This document shows positions 18,352 to 29,072 of a stretch of 64,000 nucleotides of DNA, piece after piece. Under the pieces are notes generated by a model, which ran no database searches, was not told where the DNA came from, and was given only the letters and a program-made list of their open reading frames with translations. The DNA comes from Patescibacteria group bacterium (lineage in GTDB: Bacteria > Patescibacteriota > Minisyncoccia > Minisyncoccales > UBA5738). Both the position numbers and the translations under genes were made by a program. The stretch covers positions 134,522 through 198,521 of the forward strand of contig JAKLGH010000001.1 of the NCBI GenBank assembly GCA_022710775.1, given 5' to 3'. The stretch's first letter is position 1, and every line of letters starts with the position of its first letter.

Positions 18352-19476
18352 CTAGGGCTGGAAAAGGGTTTCGGGCTTGGGTTTGACGATCTTTACGCCT
18401 TCAAACTGCTTGGCTGTGGCTTCAATCTGATACCACAAAACCGCCGCGCGGCAGCTTCCCCCGCTGGTCAAATTGTTCGGATCGGCTAAATCCAGAACAA
18501 GCACGCCGTTCTTCAACGACGCGCCTTTAAGCTCCAATCCGGATAACGGATATTCGGTCGTCAATCCGGCTTGTCGGTCAGCCATAGTCAATTCCCCTTT
18601 GATCAACAGCTTGACCGCGTCCTGAATGGGCGTAATGGTGGCCGGAAGCGTCCTTTCAACCGCTACCAAGCCCTGGCGGGAGCATAAAACATTGCCAGAC
18701 GCGTCCTTGTCAAGTTCGGGATCATAATAATAAAGATTAATTCTTTTTTCTTTTCCGGTTTCCGGTTCAAGAAAGTTCAGAGCGGAAACCAGAACCGTGT
18801 CGCCAGCTTTCTTTCCGATAACTTCGACCCGCCGTCCGGCCTCGAATTTCCCGGAATCGCAAACAGCCGTAACTTCCCCGCTTACGCATTGGCTCTCTTC
18901 ACCGATGATCAGCGGTATCTTAATTCCGGGTTGGCCCGGCTCTTCATACAGTAAAGACCAGAAAACATCTCCGGGTCCGGGCTGGATCAAATTCCCGGTT
19001 TCGGAAAAATCATCTTCCAAAGACGGAAGCAGCACTATGGGCACCCGAAACTCTTTGGAATTCTCTAAAAGGCCCGACGGATTATCGTTTTGCAAAACCA
19101 GCACCGCTTTTTTCTTTTCCGCTGCCTTGAAATTGAGGCTTGCATGAAAAATCACCAAATCCTCGGTCATCCAGTCTCCCGCCGCCTGCGCCGTTCCCTC
19201 AGAAATCGTTTCTCCGTTTTCATCGATGATTTTAACCGGAAAAGATGCTTCAAAGAACCAGGAGCCCCGCGCCCGGCCCGAGATATTCAACGGACTGGAT
19301 ACTTCCTGGTTTTGAGCGGGCAAATCAACCTTGATATCGAATTGCGCAGCCGGTTCTTTGACGACGTCATCCTCGCTAAAACGCGTAGTATAAAAAACGC
19401 AGCCTAGCACAGCCAAGGCGATAAACAACAATACAATCGTCGCGCGGTCGGAAATTTTTTTGGGACCTGTTTCCAT
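18352..19476 (-). CDS. Gmad2 Ig-like + GerMN domain protein (spore-germination-type lipoprotein architecture), membrane anchored
   Basis: N-terminal TM; Gmad2-like ..ISGRARGSWFFEASFPVKIIDENGETISEG..; GerMN-like ..INLYYYDPELD..GLVAVERTLP..PIQDAVKLLIKGELT..GVLVLDL.. Confidence 0.7.
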   Translation of the reverse strand: METGPKKISDRATIVLLFIALAVLGCVFYTTRFSEDDVVKEPAAQFDIKVDLPAQNQEVSSPLNISGRARGSWFFEASFPVKIIDENGETISEGTAQAAGDWMTEDLVIFHASLNFKAAEKKKAVLVLQNDNPSGLLENSKEFRVPIVLLPSLEDDFSETGNLIQPGPGDVFWSLLYEEPGQPGIKIPLIIGEESQCVSGEVTAVCDSGKFEAGRRVEVIGKKAGDTVLVSALNFLEPETGKEKRINLYYYDPELDKDASGNVLCSRQGLVAVERTLPATITPIQDAVKLLIKGELTMADRQAGLTTEYPLSGLELKGASLKNGVLVLDLADPNNLTSGGSCRAAVLWYQIEATAKQFEGVKIVKPKPETLFQP

Positions 19477-19690
19477 AAAATGCTGTTATCTGGTTTAATT
19501 TTATTACTAATCTTATCTATTTTCCATATTGCCGTCAGTTTGAAACGGTTAAACATCGATCGCGATTGTCATATTTTTCAGTTCTCAAATTTTATCCTCT
19601 TTGGGTTTTTGAGCCTTTGGCAGACGGCCAAACAATATTATCTTAAATTTATCTTAAAATCCTCATTAACTTTATTCCTAAGATCCGTCA

Positions 19691-20233
19691 TCATGGCGAA
19701 GGCGGCAACTTCCTGTCCAAGCTATTTCTAAACAAACCGTATAGACCCACCGCCAGCGCCAAGCAATAGACAAGCATGCCCAGCGAATAGAATGCTCCCG
19801 CGATCTGCGGAGCATAATAAAGAAGCCTGGTTTCTCCAAGCATATAGTTCCAATCATGCATTCCTCCGCCCAATAAAGGCAAAACCATATCATTCGCGTC
19901 CGCGGCATAAATTGATACATTGACCAGATTCTCCCCAAACCAAAACATAACGGCTGACGCCGAAACAAACTGCCTCTTAAGGAGGAAATATAGAACAAAA
20001 GATAAAGGCAACGCGAGCTGGGCTACCGTTCCTCCGGCAAACGACGCGAATTCTCCGAAAAACATGAACATCACATGCCCGGCTTCATGAATAACCAGAT
20101 TAACATTATCCAAAAAGAACCAATGCCCGCGCTTCAGCGAATACCCGACAAAAAAAATGAATACGATCGCCAAAGCCACGGCACCAGCTAAAAACTGCCG
20201 GTCAAAATATTTTTTTTCTCCGTATACAACCAT
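19691..20233 (-). CDS. polytopic membrane protein with HEAGH zinc-metalloprotease-like motif
   Basis: HEAGH within a TM segment plus 4-5 further hydrophobic helices; family not resolved. Confidence 0.5.
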   Translation of the reverse strand: MVVYGEKKYFDRQFLAGAVALAIVFIFFVGYSLKRGHWFFLDNVNLVIHEAGHVMFMFFGEFASFAGGTVAQLALPLSFVLYFLLKRQFVSASAVMFWFGENLVNVSIYAADANDMVLPLLGGGMHDWNYMLGETRLLYYAPQIAGAFYSLGMLVYCLALAVGLYGLFRNSLDRKLPPSP

Positions 20234-20244
20234 AAGTAACGCAT

Positions 20245-20272
20245 GAAAAAAAGGCCGCTACGGCCTTTTTTT
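20245..20272. terminator. bidirectional rho-independent terminator (aaaaaaaggccg-cta-cggccttttttt)
   Basis: A-run/hairpin/T-run 3' of the pilB-like gene. Confidence 0.7.
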
Positions 20273-20284
20273 AATGTTGCTGAT

Positions 20285-21487
20285 TTAATGAAGCGGCGTC
20301 ATCCGGATGACTTCATCCAGAGATGTTACCCCGTTTAAAGCTAGAGAAATTGCCACGTCTTTCAATGTCCTCATGCCGTTTCTTTTTGCTTGAAGCTCCA
20401 GATCGGTAAAAGGAGCTTCCTCGATGATCATCCGCTGCAAATCTTCATTGACAAACATTACTTCAAAAATTCCGGTCCTGCCTTTGTATCCCGTGCCGTC
20501 ACATTCGCTGCATCCTTTCCCCTGGACGAATTTCGACTGGTAATCCTTGGGAATGCGGCAAAACTGGACGATTTTTTCCGATGGAGAAATCCTTTCCTTG
20601 CAATGAGGGCAGACATTCCTGATCAAACGCTGCGTGATTACCACCCGCAAAGCCGCCGCCACCATCGAACGCGGTATGCCGAGTTCGATGAACCTGATAA
20701 TCGCCCCGACCGAGTTGGTTGTATGGATTGAAGCAAAAAAAAGGATTCCGGTTAAAGCCGCTCGAACCGAAATTTCCGCCGTTTCATCATCCCGTATTTC
20801 ACCCACCATCACAACATTTGCGTCCTGCCTTAAAATTGAACGCAACCCATGAGAAAAATCATAGCCAAGCTCGGGATGGATCTGCGATTGCCGGACTCCG
20901 GCCAAACGGAGCTCTACCGGGTCTTCAAGCGACACGATATTTCGCTGTGATGAAGCCAAAGCGTTTAAAATAGTATAGAGTGTCGTTGTTTTTCCGCTTC
21001 CGCCCGGACCTGTCACTAATATCATTCCTTCCGACTGCCTTAGAACGAATTGCAGTTTTTCCAGATCATAGGGCTCAATTCCAAGCTTATCCAATTTGTC
21101 GAAAATCAGATCTCTTCTGTTCTGTATGCGTAAAACCGCCGCTTCGCCGAAAACGGTTGGAAATATGGAAAGGCGGATATCGACTGATTCGGTCGGAGCC
21201 AAGGTTTGAGGTTTGAAAACGATATGGCCGTCCTGGGGACGGCGGGTTTCGGCAATATTTAAGCCCGACATGACTTTAAGACAGGAAATGACTTGGTTCA
21301 AGTATGTGAGGTGCAGCTGATCGATCACCCTCAATATGCCGTCTATGCGGAAACGCACGTTTAAACGCAGCTGCTCGGGCTCGATATGGATATCCGAAGC
21401 TCCCATGCTCACAGCCTTGGTGATTGTTACCTGGAGCCAGTCTTGCGGTGCGACTTCAGAGTAATCGGTTTCCTTGTCTTTTGCCAT
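20285..21487 (-). CDS. type II/IV secretion system ATPase, GspE/PilB family (short form with C-terminal tetracysteine zinc motif)
   Basis: Walker A VTGPGGSGKTTTLYTIL; GspE signature ..DPVE..; C-terminal CPHCKE...CSECDGTGYKGRTGIFEV. Confidence 0.85.
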   Translation of the reverse strand: MAKDKETDYSEVAPQDWLQVTITKAVSMGASDIHIEPEQLRLNVRFRIDGILRVIDQLHLTYLNQVISCLKVMSGLNIAETRRPQDGHIVFKPQTLAPTESVDIRLSIFPTVFGEAAVLRIQNRRDLIFDKLDKLGIEPYDLEKLQFVLRQSEGMILVTGPGGSGKTTTLYTILNALASSQRNIVSLEDPVELRLAGVRQSQIHPELGYDFSHGLRSILRQDANVVMVGEIRDDETAEISVRAALTGILFFASIHTTNSVGAIIRFIELGIPRSMVAAALRVVITQRLIRNVCPHCKERISPSEKIVQFCRIPKDYQSKFVQGKGCSECDGTGYKGRTGIFEVMFVNEDLQRMIIEEAPFTDLELQAKRNGMRTLKDVAISLALNGVTSLDEVIRMTPLH

Positions 21488-21596
21488 AATATTATGCTTG
21501 TTTACGCAAATTGGGAAGCAACGTCAGGATTTTGTTATTATTTATTATAACTCCATTTTAAAAAAACAAAAGAAATTTCTTTGAAGTTTTCCCCAG

Positions 21597-24185
21597 CTAC
21601 TCAAGAAATTTAAAATACCGGCGGTAAAAAATTCTTTTCATGGCTTCAACGATCGCCAAATACACCATAACGATCAAAATAATTGCGGTAATTATTTGAA
21701 ACGACAAAGCTTCGAAATGGAAATACCGACCCAATGGAGTTATCGGGATCAGCCAACCGACCGCTACGCAAAAAACCGTGCTGGCCAAAAGCAACTTGCT
21801 CGGCATGCTTTGCAAAAAAGGCACCTGCTTGGTCCTTATCACATGGATCACCAGCACCTGCGTGGCCAATGATTCCATGAACCATCCGGTCTGGAACATC
21901 GATTCGCCCGCCGAAAAAATTTTCAGCAAAACAAAAAAAGTAAGAAAGTCGAATAAAGAGCTCACAGGCCCGAAAAAATACATGAACTTCTTGATAAAAT
22001 GAAGATTCCAGCGGTGCGGCTTTTGAACCCATTCTTTATCCACCCTGTCCAGCGGTATGGCGATCTGCGAAAGATCATAAAGAAAATTATTCAAAAGTAT
22101 CTGCGCCGGAAGCATCGGAAGAAACGGCAAAAAAATGACCGCGCCGGCCGCGGAAAACATATTGCCGAAATTAGAGCTCAACCCCATCATTATGTATTTC
22201 ATCGTGTTGCCGAATACCCTCCTGCCCTCCAAGACACCGTCCTTTAAAACGCAAAGATCTTTTTTTGTGAGCACAATATCGGCCGCCTCTTTGGCAACAT
22301 CGACAGCGTTATTAACCGAAATGCCGACATCCGCTCCCTTAAGGGAAGGAGCATCGTTGATCCCGTCCCCTAAATAGCTTACTACGCGCTTCCGCGCCTT
22401 CAAAGCTCTGATGACCCGGTTTTTTTGAATCGGGGTACAGCGGGCAAATATCGTCGTTCTTTCCACCTGGGCCTGCAAAGCGCTATCCAGCATTTTGTCG
22501 ATTTCCCGTCCAAGCAGCATCCCCTTCACCTTTAAGCCCACGTCTCCGCAGATCTTTTCGGTTACCAGTTCGTTGTCTCCGGTGATGATCTTGACCTCGA
22601 TCCCGATTTCCTCCAGCTTATCAAGAGCCTTGCCAACTCCGGCTTTAGGCGGATCAAAAAAGGAAACAAAGCCCAGAAATTCAAGGCCGCATTCGTCTTT
22701 TTTAGTGAATACTTTTTTGGTTTTTTTAATCGTCTTTGCCGCCACCGCCAATACGCGGTTTCCGTTCCGGCTTAATAATTCATACTGATCTTTCGCCGAA
22801 CCATGCGCCTTCAAACCAAAGGAATTTTTTTTTCCCGAACCCCGGTAATGGGTACAGCATTCGAAAACCGCCTCCGGGCTTCCCTTGGTTATCAATATCT
22901 GCTCCCGGCCAGATTGCAGGATGACGCTCATCATTTTCCGGTTGAAATCGAAAGGAAGCTCATCGATCTTTTCATATCCGTCAACCGGGATCTTTTTAAA
23001 ATCGAGCAAAGCTTCATCCAAAGGATTTTCGATCCCCAATTCGTAATAGCTGTTCAAATAGGCATGGGTTAAAACCGCCTGAGAAACCTTTCCCTCTATA
23101 TCCGTGTAAGTAACAAGCTTTATTTTGTTTTCGGTCAGGGTTCCGGTCTTATCCGTACAGAGAACGTCCATGCTGCCAAAACTCGGAATCGCGCTTAATT
23201 TTTTAATAATCACGCCTTTCTTGGACATTTTCAAAGATCCCCTGGCCATTGTCACCGACATGATCATCGGCAGAAGTTCGGGCGTAAGCCCAACGGCAAT
23301 GGCTACCGCGAACAGGAAAGACTGGATGAGGCTGTAATTCAAATTTCCGGAAGTAACATAGTAACTCTTCACCGCGTTAAAAAAGAAAATAAAAAGCACA
23401 AGATAGAAAATTATCTTGGCCACGAATATGCCAAATTTCGCCACCCCGATTTCGAATTCGCTTTTCTCCTCCCGGCTGGCCAGATTTTCGGCCAATTTGC
23501 CGAATTCCGTCGTCTTGCCGGTCTTAACTACCACGGCGTTCGCTTCGCCGCTTACCACGCTCGTGCCGAAAAATAAAAAGTTATCTTGCCCGCCTTTTTC
23601 GCGGGGAAAAGATTCCCCGGTAAAAGACGACTGATCCACGAACAAGTCTTTGGAAAAAATGATGCGGCAGTCGGCTGGAATAAGATCGCCGGCGTTGAGG
23701 ATAACAACATCGCCGGGGCATATTTCACACATTCTTACTTCTTTAGCTGAACCGGATCTTAAAACTGTCGCCGTTGACTTGACCGTTTCTTTCAGCTTCT
23801 TCGCGGCTTGGCTGGCGCTGTGCTCCTCGATAAAGTCAAGAATGACGCTGAACAAAACCAGCACGATTATGATCAGCGTGTTAATATGCTCGCCCAGGAA
23901 AAAAGAAACGCCGGCCGCAATAAGCAGTATGACGATCAGCGGATTTTTAAAGTAAGCCAGGAATTCCAAAAAAACGTTGGTTTTATTTCCATCGGCAACG
24001 ACATTCAATCCGTGCTTCTCAAGCCGGTTTCGCGCTTCGGCATCGGATAGGCCGTTTTTTGACGTTTCAAGCCTTTTAAAAATATCCTCGATCGGGGATT
24101 CGGAATAATATTTTTCGTCTTCGGGCTTGATGATGTTCATCTGTTTATTGGTTGATATTCGCTTCTCATTGATCCATTTTATCAA
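21597..24185 (-). CDS. P-type ATPase, MgtA-like Mg2+/cation transporter (start probably at an internal Met)
   Basis: phosphorylation motif CTDKTGTLT; TGES (FTGESFP); hinge GDGINDAPSL; ~10 TM helices. Confidence 0.9.
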   Translation of the reverse strand: MIKWINEKRISTNKQMNIIKPEDEKYYSESPIEDIFKRLETSKNGLSDAEARNRLEKHGLNVVADGNKTNVFLEFLAYFKNPLIVILLIAAGVSFFLGEHINTLIIIVLVLFSVILDFIEEHSASQAAKKLKETVKSTATVLRSGSAKEVRMCEICPGDVVILNAGDLIPADCRIIFSKDLFVDQSSFTGESFPREKGGQDNFLFFGTSVVSGEANAVVVKTGKTTEFGKLAENLASREEKSEFEIGVAKFGIFVAKIIFYLVLFIFFFNAVKSYYVTSGNLNYSLIQSFLFAVAIAVGLTPELLPMIMSVTMARGSLKMSKKGVIIKKLSAIPSFGSMDVLCTDKTGTLTENKIKLVTYTDIEGKVSQAVLTHAYLNSYYELGIENPLDEALLDFKKIPVDGYEKIDELPFDFNRKMMSVILQSGREQILITKGSPEAVFECCTHYRGSGKKNSFGLKAHGSAKDQYELLSRNGNRVLAVAAKTIKKTKKVFTKKDECGLEFLGFVSFFDPPKAGVGKALDKLEEIGIEVKIITGDNELVTEKICGDVGLKVKGMLLGREIDKMLDSALQAQVERTTIFARCTPIQKNRVIRALKARKRVVSYLGDGINDAPSLKGADVGISVNNAVDVAKEAADIVLTKKDLCVLKDGVLEGRRVFGNTMKYIMMGLSSNFGNMFSAAGAVIFLPFLPMLPAQILLNNFLYDLSQIAIPLDRVDKEWVQKPHRWNLHFIKKFMYFFGPVSSLFDFLTFFVLLKIFSAGESMFQTGWFMESLATQVLVIHVIRTKQVPFLQSMPSKLLLASTVFCVAVGWLIPITPLGRYFHFEALSFQIITAIILIVMVYLAIVEAMKRIFYRRYFKFLE

Positions 24186-24222
24186 AAAAAAGCCGGAGCG
24201 GGAAATTTAGGCCGCTCCGGCC
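24184..24222. terminator. rho-independent terminator (gccggagcgg-gaaatttag-gccgctccggc, T-run on minus strand)
   Basis: 10-bp GC stem 3' of nadK. Confidence 0.7.
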
Positions 24223-24254
24223 TCACCGAAAAACCATCGGTTAATTCGCGTAAA

Positions 24255-25031
24255 TCACCAATCGACGTCGGAAAATTCTATGAACCGGGTTGGAATTTTC
24301 GATTTGCCGATTTCAATGGTATCCCCCGCCGAGAGAATCATTATCTCCTTATCGTCGCAAACCAGCCGCGGCGCGCTTCCGGTGAAGCTAGAGAATATAA
24401 CGCTGTCGTTTTCCGAGATTATCCAGGCGTTCCTATCATCAACCTCGGTCGGACCCATAACCTTGAACACAAAGTTCTTTTCCTTGATCAGGATCGGCCC
24501 TCCCAAAGTCCGGTTATAAGCCGTAGATCCGGTTCGGGTCGCAACGAGGCCGCCGTCGGCCCGGCGCGCGATATACGGGGCTCCGGCTATCGATACCTTG
24601 TATCGGACGGTTTTAACCGTAGTCCGTTCAAAATAAATATCGTTCAAAGCGTGGGCGTAAACGGGCGGGCCAAAGATATTCTTGGACTTTATCTGAAGAC
24701 GGTTTCTTTCGCTTACTCCGTAATTACCGTTCAGCAAGTCCTCCATCCGACGGCCTAATTCATCGGGCTCTATCCTGTTCAAATAGCCCAGGGTGCCGAA
24801 GTTGACTCCGGCAATCGGAATTTTTAAACCCTTGTCCGCCACCAGGTTCGCGATATCAACAAAAAAACCATCTCCTCCGAAAGTCAATACAACGTCCATC
24901 TCTTCCATTTCATTTTCGCTTAAAACCTCGATGTTCATCTGGCGGCACCAACAACAAACACTACGAGACATTTTGACCGCATCCGATTTTTCCGGATGAG
25001 CAAAGATCGCCAGCTTCTGGACTTTTCTCAT
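24255..25031 (-). CDS. nadK: NAD+ kinase
   Basis: GGDGFF (GGDGT-type) motif, NE/D short motif ..HALNDIYFER.., typical ~260 aa length. Confidence 0.8.
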   Translation of the reverse strand: MRKVQKLAIFAHPEKSDAVKMSRSVCCWCRQMNIEVLSENEMEEMDVVLTFGGDGFFVDIANLVADKGLKIPIAGVNFGTLGYLNRIEPDELGRRMEDLLNGNYGVSERNRLQIKSKNIFGPPVYAHALNDIYFERTTVKTVRYKVSIAGAPYIARRADGGLVATRTGSTAYNRTLGGPILIKEKNFVFKVMGPTEVDDRNAWIISENDSVIFSSFTGSAPRLVCDDKEIMILSAGDTIEIGKSKIPTRFIEFSDVDW

Positions 25032-25174
25032 TTTTGCCTCCTTGTTAATGAACGGTTATAGAGAGTTTTAGTTTTAACACCGCTGGTTTTTCTTGTCAAA
25101 AAAAATATTTGACATTTATTAAAATTATGATATGAAATTAACAGCTGTTTTACATATGGTCAGGATGGTTAACT

Positions 25175-26068
25175 ATGAAATTCCAAACGTGCAGTATTGT
25201 GGTTGGAGGATTAAGATGCAACGGCAAATGCCCTTATTGCGTATCGCTTATGACCCCGCTGATGGAACCGTTCGCTGTTAAGCCCGCGGACATTGATAAG
25301 AGAAATTTTGCGATTGCCTGTGAATTGGCAAAAATGAGCCAAGTAACAACCGTAGTTTTTACCGGCAAGGGAGAACCGACTTTATATCCGAAATTGATAT
25401 CGGCATATCTACGCCTGATAGATGAAAACGGTTATAGGATCCCGATCCGCGAACTCCAAACTAACGGTATCGCCATTTATCAGGATTGGGGAAAGTACAG
25501 AAAATTCCTGGCAACCTGGAAAAAACGCTGGCTTTCAACCATTGCCATTTCCTGCGCCCATTATGAAGATGAGAAAAACCGGAGAATATTCCAACCCGAC
25601 GGCGATTACCTGAACCTGACGGAACTGATAGAAATTCTCCATGGCGCAGGTTATTCCGTGCGCCTGTCGGCAATAATGGTTAAAGGCCTGCTGGACAATC
25701 TTGATGAAATCAAAAACCTGGTAAATTTTGCCAAGGAAAATCGCGTTGAACAGCTCACGATCCGGCCGCTTGGAAAGCCAGCCAATAGCCGAAACCCGGA
25801 AGCCTGCGAATGGATCGATAAACATATTACCAGCCCCAGCCTCGTTGAAGAAATTTTTGCTTTTTTGAATGCCGAAGTCGCGGCAAAAAGGGCAAAATTA
25901 TTGCTAAACCTGGTCCATGGGGCGGTCGTATACGATCTATGGGGACAGAATTTCTGCCTTACCAATTGTCTGACTTCCAGCCCGAATCCCGACGAGGTTC
26001 GACAGCTGATTTTCTCCGGACGCAATCTGTATTTCGACTGGTCGAGCCTGGCAGCTAAGATATTTTAA
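25175..26068 (+). CDS. radical SAM domain protein (function unresolved)
   Basis: CX3CX2C cluster CNGKCPYC near N-terminus; ..VFTGKGEPTLYP.. SAM-binding glycine-rich motif. Confidence 0.65.
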   Translation: MKFQTCSIVVGGLRCNGKCPYCVSLMTPLMEPFAVKPADIDKRNFAIACELAKMSQVTTVVFTGKGEPTLYPKLISAYLRLIDENGYRIPIRELQTNGIAIYQDWGKYRKFLATWKKRWLSTIAISCAHYEDEKNRRIFQPDGDYLNLTELIEILHGAGYSVRLSAIMVKGLLDNLDEIKNLVNFAKENRVEQLTIRPLGKPANSRNPEACEWIDKHITSPSLVEEIFAFLNAEVAAKRAKLLLNLVHGAVVYDLWGQNFCLTNCLTSSPNPDEVRQLIFSGRNLYFDWSSLAAKIF

Positions 26069-26095
26069 AAAGGCGCTAAAAACGCCTTTTTTTTG
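26067..26095. terminator. bidirectional terminator (aaaaaggcg-ctaaaaa-cgccttttttttg)
   Basis: hairpin between convergent genes 25175..26068(+) and 26123..26974(-). Confidence 0.65.
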
Positions 26096-26122
26096 TTTTT
26101 AGAAACGGCTTCTCTGCAAAAA

Positions 26123-26974
26123 TCAGTTGCCCGGAGACATCGTACCTTTAAGATCTGGATCTTCGTTTTTATCATCCGGAAAAAAATCGCTTGGCTTTGC
26201 GCTCTGCGGCCGGTCTTCCCCTGAGATCTCAGGCAGCTTTGGCCTAATCTGAATCAATTTGGCCGAAATACTCCCGTCGGAATTGGCCGGACCTGCAACC
26301 ATCGCGAACTTCCCTGATGCCAAGCTATCGGATAAACTGTCGGTAATTCTTGAATATTTGGTTTTATCCGATACCTCAATGTTTTTTTCCTCCCCATCGC
26401 TATTCTTTAGAGAAATCTTTCCATTTCCTACCGAAGTGATTTCCCCGGTGAAAAATATAGTCTTTTGATCTTTAGAATCCCTAGAATCCCCATTATCACC
26501 CGTACCGGCGTTTTTAACATCCTCTTGGCGGGCGCTTTGCCGGTTTGCCATGCCAGCCATGGCTGATGGCGAACCTACTTGAACGGATATGGCCGTTAAT
26601 GTTCCGCTCTCGCTTTCGTATCCGGCAACAACCGCTTTATCGCCAACAGCCAAACCGGTATCGGCAATATCCTGGTAAACCGATATTTTCGTTTCGTTTG
26701 AATAAAAAATTATTTTAGACCCTCCTTTCGAAAGCTTCAGCGTAAAATTATCGGCTTCTATTGAAAAAATCTCTCCGGCCGCCATGCCGTCGGATCGGGA
26801 ACCCCTGGATAATCCATTATTAACTCCGGATACCGGCGGTTTATTTCTTTGAAAATCCTGGACGTTTTTAGTACCGGAGTCCATATCCTTTTCCTGAATG
26901 TAACGATAACCTCCGTAGGCTCCGCCCGCTGCCAGTAAAGCGCAGACAATAAAAAACAAAATTGCCTTTTTCAT
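26123..26974 (-). CDS. secreted hypothetical protein (signal peptide; Gly/Asp/Ser-rich)
   Basis: MKKAILFFIVCALLAAGGAYG signal sequence; no recognised domain. Confidence 0.5.
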   Translation of the reverse strand: MKKAILFFIVCALLAAGGAYGGYRYIQEKDMDSGTKNVQDFQRNKPPVSGVNNGLSRGSRSDGMAAGEIFSIEADNFTLKLSKGGSKIIFYSNETKISVYQDIADTGLAVGDKAVVAGYESESGTLTAISVQVGSPSAMAGMANRQSARQEDVKNAGTGDNGDSRDSKDQKTIFFTGEITSVGNGKISLKNSDGEEKNIEVSDKTKYSRITDSLSDSLASGKFAMVAGPANSDGSISAKLIQIRPKLPEISGEDRPQSAKPSDFFPDDKNEDPDLKGTMSPGN

Positions 26975-27064
26975 TTTTTTTTAATCATTTATAGGTTTAG
27001 GAATTTATCCTCTCAAAGCGTAAAACCCCGGGCGGAAACTGGAAAATAATTCATTTTTTTAATT

Positions 27065-28360
27065 TTACTCGTAGCGTAACGCATCTATCGGATTTAATTT
27101 TGCCGCTCGGCGCGCCGGGTAATATCCAAAAATTATACCGATAGCCGCGGAAACGCCGAACGCGGTCAATACGGCCGGAATTGACACGGTTGTCGCGATT
27201 CCGCCGAATTTAGCGACAGCCAGCGATGCCAGCCAGCCAAGCGCTACTCCCGCAATCCCTCCGACAAAAGTCAGCGCAACCGCTTCGGAAAGGAATTGCA
27301 CGCTGATATCTTTTTTTTTGGCTCCGATCGCTTTCCGCAAACCGATCTCTTTCGTACGTTCCGTAACAGTGGTAAGCATCATATTCATGATACCGATCCC
27401 TCCCACCAGCAGGGATATCCCGGCGATGGAGGCTAAAAGAATCGTTAAAGTGCCGGCAATGCTCGAAGCGCTGGCCGCGATGTCGGCCTGGTTCATAATC
27501 ATAAAATCAATTTTCTCTTCATCGGTTATTTTATGCCGGGTCATCAGCAAAGCTGTTACGTCCGCTTCCAGCTGTTCCAGCGCTTCCTGGCTTTCTCCCT
27601 GGATGCTTATCGTACTCACCCTGGTATTTCCGGCTATATATTGTTGGGCGGTTGACAGCGGAACGTAAACCGCATCATCGGCATTGGACATGCCTGATCC
27701 GCCCTTTTTAACCGTTACTCCGATTACCTTGAAATCCAGGCCCTTGATTCGAATCGTTTGGCCAACCGGATCAACACCCTCCCCAAAAAGATCTTCCGCG
27801 GTAGTCGGACCGAGAACCGCAACCTTGGCTTTAGAGCTGTTATGCAACGCCGTTATAAATGTGCCGTTTAAAACCTGGACGCTGCGGACGGTTGCGTATG
27901 ATTCGGTTACGCCGTTTATCTGGGTGTTCGTATTGGTTCCTTTAGCCGTAATTTGCGCTTGGTTGAAATTTTGGGGCGCCACGTCTACCACCTTTAATAA
28001 GCCTTTGATTGCTTTGGCATCCTCGAGCGTAAGCGTCTGCGCGTTTCCCCGGCCGGTAGAAACTTGCTGGCCTACGCCCCGCTGGAAACCCGGCATTACC
28101 ATCAATAGATTCGAACCCAAGGACTCGATGCTGGAAGTGATCGATCCGGCCGTACCTTGGCCGATCGACACCATGGCAATCACCGAACCAATACCGATAA
28201 CAATTCCCAGAATTGTTAAGCCGGAGCGGGCTTTATTGGCCATCAGGGCGAAATAGGTTTCTTGCATGAGATCGGTTAAAAGCATACAGTCGTTGTTTAT
28301 GGTTATTGTTTTACTTATAAAAACCGCTCCGCCGTTTATTGTTTTGCGAATCTTCAACAA
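27065..28360 (-). CDS. ABC transporter permease, FtsX/MacB family (start likely internal, ~28285)
   Basis: N-terminal TM, large periplasmic domain, C-terminal FtsX-type 3-TM bundle. Confidence 0.8.
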   Translation of the reverse strand: MLKIRKTINGGAVFISKTITINNDCMLLTDLMQETYFALMANKARSGLTILGIVIGIGSVIAMVSIGQGTAGSITSSIESLGSNLLMVMPGFQRGVGQQVSTGRGNAQTLTLEDAKAIKGLLKVVDVAPQNFNQAQITAKGTNTNTQINGVTESYATVRSVQVLNGTFITALHNSSKAKVAVLGPTTAEDLFGEGVDPVGQTIRIKGLDFKVIGVTVKKGGSGMSNADDAVYVPLSTAQQYIAGNTRVSTISIQGESQEALEQLEADVTALLMTRHKITDEEKIDFMIMNQADIAASASSIAGTLTILLASIAGISLLVGGIGIMNMMLTTVTERTKEIGLRKAIGAKKKDISVQFLSEAVALTFVGGIAGVALGWLASLAVAKFGGIATTVSIPAVLTAFGVSAAIGIIFGYYPARRAAKLNPIDALRYE

Positions 28361-29072
28361 TCAAGCCGTCCCGGATGGTTATTATCCGTCCGGCGTATTC
28401 GGCAACTTCCCGTTCGTGCGTAATCAGAATAATGGTCCGGTTTTGATTTTCGTTAAGTTTCTGAAAGGTATTTAATACGACCTCGCCGGTTTTGGTATCG
28501 AGATTTCCCGTTGGTTCGTCGGCCAGTATCAAGGAAGGATTATTTACCAAAGCGCGGGCTATCGCCACCCGCTGGATCTGGCCGCCGGAAAGCTGATTGG
28601 CAAAATAATTATAATATTGCTTGTCCAATCCCGCGTGTTCCAATGACTTCATCGCTATCATTTCCCTTTCGCCGGACCGGATGCCGGCATAAACCAGCGG
28701 CAGCATTACGTTCCGCAGAACCGTAGTTCGCTTCAATAGATTGAAAGATTGGAACACAAAACCGATTTTGTTCTTCCTGATATCCGCCAGTTCGTCGTCA
28801 TTCAATTTGGACACGTCTTTTTGGTCAAGCCGATATTCTCCGCTCGTGGGAATGTCGAGCAGGCCGACAATATGCATCAAAGTCGATTTGCCCGAACCCG
28901 ACGGCCCCATAATGGCGACAAATTCCCCGTTTTCAACCGTAAAAGACACTCCTTTCAAAACCGAAGCCGATATCAGACCGGTCTGGTAGGTTTTTACGAT
29001 ATTTTTGCATTCGATCATGTTTTTAACGACCCCGGATACCGCCGCCGAAAATATTGAATCCGCCGGCATCAT
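28311..29072 (-). CDS. ABC transporter ATP-binding protein (MacB/LolD-type)
   Basis: Walker [10 protein letters not shown], signature [15 protein letters not shown], Walker [12 protein letters not shown]. Confidence 0.9.
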   Translation of the reverse strand: MMPADSIFSAAVSGVVKNMIECKNIVKTYQTGLISASVLKGVSFTVENGEFVAIMGPSGSGKSTLMHIVGLLDIPTSGEYRLDQKDVSKLNDDELADIRKNKIGFVFQSFNLLKRTTVLRNVMLPLVYAGIRSGEREMIAMKSLEHAGLDKQYYNYFANQLSGGQIQRVAIARALVNNPSLILADEPTGNLDTKTGEVVLNTFQKLNENQNRTIILITHEREVAEYAGRIITIRDGLIVEDSQNNKRRSGFYK